Below, piece after piece: positions 1 through 7,859 of a stretch of 64,000 bases of DNA (its first letter is position 1; the number at the start of each line of letters is the position of its first letter). Source of the stretch: Patescibacteria group bacterium (GTDB lineage Bacteria > Patescibacteriota > Minisyncoccia > Phycocordibacterales > UBA9973); contig JAZKCM010000001.1 in the NCBI GenBank assembly GCA_040388095.1, positions 7,206-71,205 on the forward strand, written 5' to 3'. Under the pieces are notes generated by a model that was not told the DNA's origin, did no database searches, and was given only the letters and a program-made list of their open reading frames with translations. The translations under genes were made by a program, and so were the position numbers.

Positions 1-1415
1 AAACGATCATCGCTTATTGTTTTTGCTTTTCCGTTTAATCCGAATAAAATATTATCACGTATTGAACGGTCAAACATTACAACTTCTTGTTCTACACTTC
101 CTATATTTTGTAAGAAATAAGAAAGATCAAGTAATCTCAAATCATTCCCATCTATAAGAATTTGTCCATCTTGTGGATCAAATCCTCTACGTAGTAAATT
201 TGCAATTGTTGATTTTCCAGAACCTGATTCACCTACAATGCCTATTTTTTCTCCAGCATTAATTGTTAATGAAATTGATTTCAAAACGGGTTCATCTTGA
301 AATAAATCTTCATTAATATCATCATAGGATTTTATCCTTTTAGGATACCAAAATGATACATTTTTAAACTCAATTTTACCAAAAAATTTTTCTGGTCGAA
401 CTGGATTTTTAATCATGACAATATCAGGTGTAACATCAAGCATTTCAAAATATCTTTCAATATTAATTCTATCCATTAGGAATTGTTTGTGAATGTTTGT
501 AAGTTGCCACAAAGAATCAATCATAATTGAACTGTAGGTAAAAACAAGAAATAGAGTTCCTATTGTTATTCTTCCGTTAAACAGAAGATATACAACAAAA
601 AGTCTTATACTGTAACTTATTATATTTGATACCCAACGGATCAATTGAATTCTTTTTAATCCAGGAATCCATGTTTCTTCATAAATATCTTGTAATTTTT
701 GTTGAGCAATTGAAACATCATTAAGAGATCGATCTTCTTGGCTTTCATTTTTTACTAAACCTACAAATCTAAATAATTCAGAAAGAAGTCTAGAATTTGA
801 TTGCTTGCGGTCACGCATTTTACGAATTCCAGGAATAACTTTTTTATTATGGATATACATCATCCAACTAAAAATAATTCCAGCACCTAAAAACATAAGT
901 CCAATTAACCATTGCCCATAAAATAATACTCCTAGTGAAACTATAAGTTGTGCTGATGCTGGGAATAGTTGGTTAAGAATAATGTTTATCTGATTTTGAA
1001 TTGAAGATGTTCCATTATTTATAATGTTTTGTTTAACTCCTGAATGTTCATTTACGTGTTGTCCTGTTGAAAATGAGAAAAATTTTGAAATTGATTCCTT
1101 GTTTAAATGATTTGCAATGATAATATCAAGTTCATTTATTTCTATTTTACTTTGGTAACCGACAATCATAATACGAATTATTGCAAGAATTGCAGCTCCT
1201 CCTACTAACCATAATGCAGTAGAAAGATAAGTTAAGTCTGTTCCGTGTTTTTGTACCACATCAAAAATTTTACTTAAGCACCAATTATTAAGTGCACTAG
1301 AAATAGAAATTCCTAATATGCAAATAAAAACAATGCTAAGTGGTTTTTTGAATGGTTTTGCAAAAAATAGAACTCTTTTGAAGAGTTGAGTACCTGTAAG
1401 TGTTTTTTGTGTCAT
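1..1415 (-). CDS. ABC transporter, fused permease/ATP-binding protein (type-1 exporter, MsbA-like); C-terminus runs off the window
   Basis: Absent from the ORF track because it is open to the window edge. My reverse translation from ATG at 1415-1413 gives MTQKTLTGTQLFKRVLFFAKPF..., then about 300 aa of hydrophobic helices. This is followed by ...GEKIGIVGESGSGKSTIANLLRRGFDPQDGQILIDG (Walker A, nt ~205-245). Confidence 0.85.
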   Translation of the reverse strand, partial: MTQKTLTGTQLFKRVLFFAKPFKKPLSIVFICILGISISSALNNWCLSKIFDVVQKHGTDLTYLSTALWLVGGAAILAIIRIMIVGYQSKIEINELDIIIANHLNKESISKFFSFSTGQHVNEHSGVKQNIINNGTSSIQNQINIILNQLFPASAQLIVSLGVLFYGQWLIGLMFLGAGIIFSWMMYIHNKKVIPGIRKMRDRKQSNSRLLSELFRFVGLVKNESQEDRSLNDVSIAQQKLQDIYEETWIPGLKRIQLIRWVSNIISYSIRLFVVYLLFNGRITIGTLFLVFTYSSIMIDSLWQLTNIHKQFLMDRINIERYFEMLDVTPDIVMIKNPVRPEKFFGKIEFKNVSFWYPKRIKSYDDINEDLFQDEPVLKSISLTINAGEKIGIVGESGSGKSTIANLLRRGFDPQDGQILIDGNDLRLLDLSYFLQNIGSVEQEVVMFDRSIRDNILFGLNGKAKTISDDR

Positions 1416-1495
1416 TTTTATTTTATTTTTAAAGAAGTTAGAAAATTATTTTTCATATTAAGAATAACATATTTTAACTAAAAAGTCAATAAGCT

Positions 1496-1523
1496 TTGAT
1501 AAAACCATTATTTTATATATAAT
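1496..1523 (+). promoter_or_regulatory. sigma70-like promoter TTGATA-16 nt-TATAAT directly upstream of the SET gene
   Basis: TTGATA at 1496-1501 and TATAAT at 1518-1523. The ATG at 1531 lies only 7 nt after the -10 box, which implies a leaderless or near-leaderless transcript. No SD motif is present. Confidence 0.45.
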
Positions 1524-1530
1524 ACACAGC

Positions 1531-1944
1531 ATGAAATTCGACATAGAAAAACTTAAACCAGCGAAAGTGAAGATAAAGAAGACAAAGGCGGGCTTTGGGC
1601 TTGTTGCCGATGCACCGCTCAAGAAAGGAGATTTTATTATTGAATATGTCGGAGATAGATTAACCGCAGACCAAGCGAATGAAAATGGTGGGATGTATCT
1701 TTTTGAAATCAGCAACAAGCTGACGATCGACGGCAAGAGCAGAAAGAACAAAGCACGATATATAAATCATAACTGTAAGCCAAATTGCGAAGTTGAGATA
1801 AAGAAAGATAGGATTTTTATTTTCGCGATTAAAAAAATAGAAAAGGGTGAAGAGCTCGGCTATGATTACGGTAAAGATTTTTTCAAGGAATACATTAAGC
1901 CGAAAGGTTGCAAATGTGGTGCTACGAAACATCTCTATAAATAA
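1531..1944 (+). CDS. SET-domain protein (putative protein-lysine N-methyltransferase), minimal 137 aa form
   Basis: SET signatures are present: GDFIIEYVGD, RYINHNCKPNCEV (NHxCxPN) and GEELGYDYG (ELxxDY). A post-SET-like CKCGATKH follows at the C-terminus. Confidence 0.8.
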   Translation: MKFDIEKLKPAKVKIKKTKAGFGLVADAPLKKGDFIIEYVGDRLTADQANENGGMYLFEISNKLTIDGKSRKNKARYINHNCKPNCEVEIKKDRIFIFAIKKIEKGEELGYDYGKDFFKEYIKPKGCKCGATKHLYK

Positions 1945-1945
1945 A

Positions 1946-2515
1946 ATGATAGATAAAAAGATTATTACAATCTTGCAAAATGACGGAGTCGGAATATTGC
2001 CGACAGATACTCTGTATGGAGTAGTCGCAAGTGCATATTCGAAAAAAGCAGTAGAAAGAATTTATAAAATAAAAGGCCGTGACGAGAACAAGCCGTTTAT
2101 TATTTTAATTTCTAGTATTAAAGATCTAGAAAAGTTTGGAGTTGTAGAGCATCCGATGTTGGGTAAATGGCCGGCAAAGACTTCCATCATACTCCATCAC
2201 ACAAATAAAACGACAAGTAAAAAATTTAATTATTTAAATAGGGGAACAGGTGCGCTCGCTTTCCGTTTGCCAAAAAAGAAGTCATTGAGAGAATTTTTGA
2301 AAAAGACTGGTCCGCTCGTCGCACCAAGTGCGAATCCTCAAGGCATTGCTCCTGCGGAAAATATAAATCAAGCCAAAAATTATTTTGAAGACAAAATGGA
2401 TTTTTATGTTGCTGGAGGCACTTTGAAATCAGCGCCCTCGACACTGCTCAGAATAAATAAAAATGGCGAAATAGAAGTCCTTCGTGGTACACTAAAAAAT
2501 AATGCAAAACAGTAA
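1946..2515 (+). CDS. tsaC: L-threonylcarbamoyladenylate synthase (YrdC/TsaC type, t6A pathway)
   Basis: Internal ATG at 1946, 1 nt after the SET stop. Motifs present are ILPTDTLYGV, KGRDENKPFIILI and APSANPQG. The track ORF from 1847 overlaps the SET gene and is probably over-extended. Confidence 0.85.
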   Translation: MIDKKIITILQNDGVGILPTDTLYGVVASAYSKKAVERIYKIKGRDENKPFIILISSIKDLEKFGVVEHPMLGKWPAKTSIILHHTNKTTSKKFNYLNRGTGALAFRLPKKKSLREFLKKTGPLVAPSANPQGIAPAENINQAKNYFEDKMDFYVAGGTLKSAPSTLLRINKNGEIEVLRGTLKNNAKQ

Positions 2516-3398
2516 TGAAATAAAAATATTCTCATCAGTTGGCTTTGCCGACTATGAGCTACTCGATACAGGCGTAGGTGAAAAACTAGAACGCTTTGGT
2601 ACATATACTTTCGTGCGTCCGTTTGAAGATGCTGTTTGGAAGAAGACATTACCGAAAGACGTATGGGAAAAAGCTGATGGAAAATTTATGTCGTCAAAGC
2701 AAGGAAGCAAAGCCGGTTGGGTGATGAAAAATAAAAATATGGAAAAGAGCTGGGTGATGTCATATAAAGATCTTAAGTTTTCAGCAACACCGACTTCTTT
2801 TCGTCATTTGAGCTTTTTCCCCGAGCAGGCGAGTCATTGGGATTTCATTAATGAAAAAATAACAAATGCGAAAAAGCATATAAAATTTCTGAACCTTTTC
2901 GGCTACACTGGCGTCGCGAGCCTTTCTGCTTTATCTGCTGGTGCAGATGTGACACATGTAGATGCTTCAAAAGAATCATTAACGAAACTAAAAGAAAACC
3001 AAGATCTTTCTAATCTTTCGGACAAGCCTCTGCGCATCATGCTCGACGATGTTATGAAATTTATTGAAAGGGAAGCAAAGCGTGGAAATAAATATGACGC
3101 AGTCATAATGGATCCGCCAAAATTCGGCCGAGGCCCGAAAGGCGAGACATGGAAGATAGAGGAATCCTTACCGAAGCTTTTAAATGCAGTAAAAAATATT
3201 CTTTCTGATGATCCACTCTTTGTGATCGTTACATCATATTCGACTGATTCTTCTTCACTCAATCTTGGTCACGCATTGCGAGAGACTATGGCAGATCTAG
3301 ATGGCTCTGTAGAGCAAGGGGAGCTTTGTGTCATCGAGCAATCAAACAAAAGAGCGATATCTATGGCTCATACGGCTATTTGGGCTAAAAACATTTAA
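2502..3398 (+). CDS. class I SAM-dependent methyltransferase (RlmI/RlmK-like rRNA methyltransferase fold)
   Basis: GYTGVASLSALSAGADVTHVDAS (SAM motif I) and YDAVIMDPPKFGRGPKGE (motif IV, DPP). Overlaps the tsaC stop by 14 nt. Confidence 0.75.
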   Translation: MQNSNEIKIFSSVGFADYELLDTGVGEKLERFGTYTFVRPFEDAVWKKTLPKDVWEKADGKFMSSKQGSKAGWVMKNKNMEKSWVMSYKDLKFSATPTSFRHLSFFPEQASHWDFINEKITNAKKHIKFLNLFGYTGVASLSALSAGADVTHVDASKESLTKLKENQDLSNLSDKPLRIMLDDVMKFIEREAKRGNKYDAVIMDPPKFGRGPKGETWKIEESLPKLLNAVKNILSDDPLFVIVTSYSTDSSSLNLGHALRETMADLDGSVEQGELCVIEQSNKRAISMAHTAIWAKNI

Positions 3399-3479
3399 AT
3401 CATATTGACAACTATGTATAATATGTGCTATATTTATATGGATATATAGTTCCATAATAATTTAAAAAATGTAATAAAC

Positions 3480-3791
3480 ATGCAAAAAAACGTCTTTGTT
3501 TTCGACATCGGAAAACACTTCAAAATCAAAATCATTGACACACAACCAATGAGAGAGCTGAACGATCAGCAAAAAGAATGGCAGAAAAATTTAATTCAGT
3601 ATGACCATTGTAAGGTTATACAGAAAGATTATGACCGTCTTAGGTTGGCATTTTACCGTGAAGAATTTGAAGATTCTTACGAGGTGGTCACTATTTGGAT
3701 AAAAGACAAACAGATTGCCCTCAAAGATAGAGGTCATCTGCAAGTAATTTTTGAAGAAGAAATATTGCCTAAAGAAGCAATCGCTGCATGA
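3480..3791 (+). CDS. hypothetical protein (103 aa)
   Basis: Intact ORF followed by a strong terminator. I recognise no motifs. Confidence 0.45.
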   Translation: MQKNVFVFDIGKHFKIKIIDTQPMRELNDQQKEWQKNLIQYDHCKVIQKDYDRLRLAFYREEFEDSYEVVTIWIKDKQIALKDRGHLQVIFEEEILPKEAIAA

Positions 3792-3800
3792 TTACGGAAC

Positions 3801-3834
3801 AAAAAAACACCCAGAATATCCGGGTGTTTTTTTA
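3801..3834. terminator. bidirectional rho-independent terminator
   Basis: aaaaaaACACCCagaatatccGGGTGTttttttt lies between convergent genes. A-run and T-run flank a GC-containing stem. Confidence 0.7.
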
Positions 3835-4275
3835 TTTCTTTGTTACTTCCTCTTCGATCTCTTCCACATCTTCCTGGATCTCATCAACATCCTTTTCAAT
3901 ATTTTCCACGTCCTCCTGAATCTCGTCGACGTCTTTTTGGATTTCATCCACGTCTTCTTGAATCTCGTCCACATCTTTCTGAATTTCACCGACGTCTTCT
4001 TGAATCTCTTCAATATCTTCCGAGACTTCCTCGAGCTCTTTTGTATGTCTATTGATAGTCATTTGTATAAAAATTGAAAGGTAAATAGCTTCGAGTGAGA
4101 CGACAGTCGTAAGGACAAGCATCACTCTATCAAAATCCGCACCGAGTAATATAGAAATAAAACACAAAGTAAAAAGCAATGTGTGTACAACAAGAGAGCC
4201 AGCAGATCCGATCCATTGCGTGACTTTGTCTGCGCCTTGTTCTATTTTTTCTTTTCCTTTTTCTCTGCGATTCAT
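3832..4275 (-). CDS. two-TM membrane protein (DUF1003 / low-affinity-iron-permease-like core) with acidic 8-aa tandem-repeat C-terminal tail
   Basis: Start chosen at MNRREKGKEK (ATG 4275-4273). Two hydrophobic helices are followed by IQMTINRHTKE. The tail then consists of ~8 repeats of DV(D/E/G)EIQ(E/K). Family assignment is tentative. Confidence 0.6.
   Translation of the reverse strand: MNRREKGKEKIEQGADKVTQWIGSAGSLVVHTLLFTLCFISILLGADFDRVMLVLTTVVSLEAIYLSIFIQMTINRHTKELEEVSEDIEEIQEDVGEIQKDVDEIQEDVDEIQKDVDEIQEDVENIEKDVDEIQEDVEEIEEEVTKK
3835..4038 (-). repeat. in-frame 24-bp tandem repeat (~8 units) encoding DVDEIQ(E/K)
   Basis: Visible directly in the plus strand as ...atctcgtcgacgtctttttggatttcatccacgtcttcttgaatctcgtccacatctttctgaatttcaccgacgtcttcttgaatctc... 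The units are degenerate. Confidence 0.8.
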
Positions 4276-4314
4276 ATACTTGAATATAACATAAAAAAGG
4301 ATTATTATGAATAT

Positions 4315-4863
4315 ATGCAAAATAAATTTTCAAAATGGGCGCTTATTATCGGTATTGTCATTGTATTTAATTTATTTATCAACTATGCTATTTCTCTCAT
4401 CTATAAAGCTCCCGATTACAATAGCTATTTTAATCAATCTCAAATAGTTAAAAACATAAACACCCAAGATGAATGCGTCAGTGTCGGTGGACAATGGACA
4501 GAAAATAATTATTCATATGATAAAGCAAATCCTGCACCAGTAGACGAATATGGAAAAAAAATTACAGGCTATTGCAATCCTGATTTTACAAAACAAAAAG
4601 AATTTGAACACGCACAAAAGATCTACAACAGAAATATTTTCATAGCACTTTCTGTACTCGGAGTAATTGCGCTCGTCTTCGGTATTTTTGCTTCAAACAT
4701 TATTTTATCAAATGGTTTCTCTTGGGGCGGAGTACTTTCTCTTATCATCGCTTCGATGAGGTATTGGTCCGACGCAGACAATTGGGTCAAAGTGCTCATC
4801 CTTGCTGTCGCCCTCGGTACACTTATCTGGCTTGCACTTAAAAAATTCGGAACAGCTAACTAA
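4315..4863 (+). CDS. hypothetical membrane protein
   Basis: Start chosen at MQNKFSKWALIIG (ATG 4315). It has an N-terminal TM helix, a Cys-containing extracytoplasmic segment and three C-terminal TM helices. The track start at 4183 would overlap the divergent gene. Confidence 0.55.
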   Translation: MQNKFSKWALIIGIVIVFNLFINYAISLIYKAPDYNSYFNQSQIVKNINTQDECVSVGGQWTENNYSYDKANPAPVDEYGKKITGYCNPDFTKQKEFEHAQKIYNRNIFIALSVLGVIALVFGIFASNIILSNGFSWGGVLSLIIASMRYWSDADNWVKVLILAVALGTLIWLALKKFGTAN

Positions 4864-4865
4864 CG

Positions 4866-7859
4866 ATGAAAAATTACGACCACAGTAAAATTGAAAAAAA
4901 ATGGCAGAAAGCCTGGGATGCAAAGAAAGTTTATAAGACTGAGAATCCTAGTAAGAAGAAAAAATTCTATGTACTCGATATGTTTCCATATCCTTCTGGT
5001 GCTGGGCTTCACGTCGGTCACCCTCGCGGATATATAGGCAGTGATGTCTATGCTCGTATGAAGCGTATGCAAGGCTACAATGTACTCCACCCGATGGGTT
5101 ATGATGCATTCGGGCTTCCTGCAGAGCAATATGCGATAGAGCACAAGATCCATCCTCGCAAAGCGGTAGAAAAAAACATAAAAACATTTCGTGGACAGCT
5201 CGATAAGATAGGCTTTTCGTATGATTGGTCACGACAAGTAAATACGACTGATCCGGAATATTACAAATGGACGCAGTGGATCTTTTTGCAGATTTATAAT
5301 TCATACTACGATACAGAAAAAAACAAAGCTCGACCTATTTCTGAATTGATAAAGAAATTTGAAAAAACAGATAAGAATTGGAAAAAGCTTTCCGAAATTG
5401 AAAAAGAAAAAATCTTGATGCAATATCGCTTGGCTTACGAAGGTTACAGTGAAGTGAATTGGTGCCCGAAGCTCGGCACAGTGCTTGCGAATGATGAGAT
5501 TGTCGATGATAAAGACGGTAACCCTGTTTCCGAACGCGGAGGTTACCCAGTAGAAAAAAAATCAATGCGACAATGGTTTATGCGCATTACTTCTTATGCT
5601 GATAGATTGCTTACTGATTTAGATGGTCTCGATTGGTCTGGACATATAAAAGAAATCCAGAAGAATTGGATTGGTAAGAGTGATGGAAGCGAGATAGAAT
5701 TTAAAACGAGTATCAATAGAAATATACAAGTATTCACAACTCGGGCAGATACGCTTTTCGGCGTCACCTATGTCGTACTTTCGCCTGAACACCAAAATAT
5801 TGGAGAGTTCCTCGTGCAAGCAAAAAATATGGCTGAAGTTTCGGAATATATCCGTGAGGCAAAAGAGCGAGCAAAAAAAGAAGACATAACTATTGAAAAA
5901 GAAAAGACTGGCGTCGAACTCAAAGGCATCAAAGCTATCAATCCTGTAAATGGTGAAGAAGTTCCTGTCTGGGTCGCTGACTATGTGCTTGCTTCATATG
6001 GTACTGGTGCTGTGATGGCTGTCCCTGCGCATGACGAGCGAGATTTTGAATTTGCGAAGAAATATAATTTGCCAATGAAATATGTTGTTGCGCCTAAAAT
6101 TATTGATGAGAAAAATCCACCTAAAAATGGATTTGAATATGTAGTGAGGAATGCTGCTCAGGCAGTTGTCTATAATCCTATAAAAGATGAATATCTCACA
6201 TTACGATGGAAAAAGTTTGATTGGCACTCGATAGTTCTTGGTGGTATTGAGGGAAATGAGAGTGTTGTCGAAGCAGCAAAGCGAGAAGTTATTGAAGAAA
6301 CAGGATATAGTGATCTGATATTTAAAAAGATACTTGGTTCTCCAGTTATTTCAGTATTTCACGCTCCTCATAAAGGTATTAATAGGGTATCAGTTTCAAC
6401 TGGAGTGTTGTTTGAACTTGCAAGCGAAAAACAGGTAGGTCTTGATCGCGCGGAACATGAACAGTTTGATGTTGAGTGGGTTTCCTCAGAAACTTTTTTT
6501 AGTAAACCAATGACTAATATTGAACTTCCTTTTTGGAGAGAGCGAATGAAAGGGAAAATTTGGAAACCATTCATCGAATACGGGACTATTATTAATTCTA
6601 ATGAATTTAATCAGTTAACTTCCGAAGAAGCCCGCAAGAAAATCACAGAATTTGTCGGTGGAAAAATGGTGACGAAATATAAGATGCGTGATGCGATCTT
6701 TGCACGACAGAGATATTGGGGCGAGCCGATTCCACTCAAGCACGACAAGGCAGGAGCTATTTCGATGCTTAAAGAAAAAAATCTGCCGCTCAAACTTCCA
6801 AACGTCACTTCATATGAGCCGACGGGTACAGGAGAGAGTCCACTTTCAGGAGTGAAAGCATGGACGAAAGAAGGCTATGAGACGAACACGATGCCAGGCT
6901 GGGCGGGGAGCTCTTGGTATTTCTTGCGCTATATGGATCCCAAAAATAAGAAAGCTTTCGCTGATAAAAAAGCTTTAAAATATTGGAAAGATGTCGATAT
7001 GTATGTCGGTGGATCAGAACATGCGACAGGGCATTTACTTTATTCTCGCTTCTGGCACAAATTCCTTTTCGATATGGGGCACGTACCGACACCTGAACCA
7101 TTTAAAACTTTAAAAAATCAAGGAATGATCTTGGCCTCTGATGGACGCAAGATGAGTAAAAGATGGGGGAATGTCATTAACCCAGACGATATAGTAAAGA
7201 CGTACGGCGCAGATACGCTCCGCGTGTATGAAATGTTCATGGGGCCTTTTGAAGCGAGCCAGCCATGGAATACAGAAAGTATTATTGGTTCAAGGAGATT
7301 TATAGAAAAGGTTTGGAAAGTCGCTTCACGTATCAATGATTTTAAAAGTCCTCGGTCTTCCTCGCAAGCTCGGCCAGACTTTAAAAATCATCAATACGTT
7401 TCGCTTGTAAAAACTCTCCACAAAACTATTAAAAAAGTGAACGACGATATCGCAAATTTTGCTTTCAATACTGCTATTTCATCAATGATGGTATTGGTGA
7501 ATGAGATGGATAAAGTTGAAAATATTTCAAAAGAAGATTTCAAAACATTCTTGCAGATTCTCGCTCCTTTTGCTCCTCATGTCGCTGAGGAACTTTGGTA
7601 TGATCTTGGAGAAAAGAAATCTATACACTTAGCGCCATGGCCGAAATACAATATGAAGCTTTTAATCGAAGATACATTAAAAATCGCTGTACAGGTCAAT
7701 GGCAAAGTGCGTGGGGAAATAGAAATTCCTACAGATGCAGATCAAGAAGTTGTTTTTGCTGAAGCACTTGTAAATGAAAATGTAAAAAAATGGACGGACG
7801 GGCAAGAAATCAAAAAGAAAATTTATGTAAAAGGAAGACTTGTTAATTTTGTTGTATAA
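4866..7859 (+). CDS. leuS: leucine--tRNA ligase carrying an inserted Nudix-box domain
   Basis: HIGH (HVGHPRGY), CP1 editing motifs (TTRADTLFGVTY, GTGAVMAVPAHDERD), KMSKS (GRKMSKRWGN) and the C-terminal VQVNGKVRG are all present. Residues ~420-565 are extra relative to E. coli LeuRS. Confidence 0.95.
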   Translation: MKNYDHSKIEKKWQKAWDAKKVYKTENPSKKKKFYVLDMFPYPSGAGLHVGHPRGYIGSDVYARMKRMQGYNVLHPMGYDAFGLPAEQYAIEHKIHPRKAVEKNIKTFRGQLDKIGFSYDWSRQVNTTDPEYYKWTQWIFLQIYNSYYDTEKNKARPISELIKKFEKTDKNWKKLSEIEKEKILMQYRLAYEGYSEVNWCPKLGTVLANDEIVDDKDGNPVSERGGYPVEKKSMRQWFMRITSYADRLLTDLDGLDWSGHIKEIQKNWIGKSDGSEIEFKTSINRNIQVFTTRADTLFGVTYVVLSPEHQNIGEFLVQAKNMAEVSEYIREAKERAKKEDITIEKEKTGVELKGIKAINPVNGEEVPVWVADYVLASYGTGAVMAVPAHDERDFEFAKKYNLPMKYVVAPKIIDEKNPPKNGFEYVVRNAAQAVVYNPIKDEYLTLRWKKFDWHSIVLGGIEGNESVVEAAKREVIEETGYSDLIFKKILGSPVISVFHAPHKGINRVSVSTGVLFELASEKQVGLDRAEHEQFDVEWVSSETFFSKPMTNIELPFWRERMKGKIWKPFIEYGTIINSNEFNQLTSEEARKKITEFVGGKMVTKYKMRDAIFARQRYWGEPIPLKHDKAGAISMLKEKNLPLKLPNVTSYEPTGTGESPLSGVKAWTKEGYETNTMPGWAGSSWYFLRYMDPKNKKAFADKKALKYWKDVDMYVGGSEHATGHLLYSRFWHKFLFDMGHVPTPEPFKTLKNQGMILASDGRKMSKRWGNVINPDDIVKTYGADTLRVYEMFMGPFEASQPWNTESIIGSRRFIEKVWKVASRINDFKSPRSSSQARPDFKNHQYVSLVKTLHKTIKKVNDDIANFAFNTAISSMMVLVNEMDKVENISKEDFKTFLQILAPFAPHVAEELWYDLGEKKSIHLAPWPKYNMKLLIEDTLKIAVQVNGKVRGEIEIPTDADQEVVFAEALVNENVKKWTDGQEIKKKIYVKGRLVNFVV
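6120..6560 (+). other. Nudix-hydrolase-like insertion inside LeuRS (Nudix box at 6240-6308)
   Basis: GGIEGNESVVEAAKREVIEETGY matches GX5EX7REUXEEXGU at every defined position. The insert lies between the end of CP1 (...FAKKYNLPMKYVV) and the conserved ...INSNEFNQL segment. Confidence 0.8.

Noticed and set aside
1847-1945. N-terminal extensions given in the ORF track (1847, 4183, 16365, 22165, 27094, 32772, 41392, 48899)
   Set aside because: The extensions overlap upstream genes or terminators. Several begin with TTG, and conserved N-termini begin at internal ATGs. The shorter starts were used.
3835-4038. Possible CRISPR-like array because of regular short repeats
   Set aside because: The repeats are contiguous with no spacers, degenerate, in-frame and coding, and no cas genes are present.
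3751-4077. Plus-strand ORFs 3751-4077 and 3840-4055
   Set aside because: They are generated by the 24-bp repeat periodicity of the minus-strand gene. One starts inside the preceding gene and crosses its terminator.
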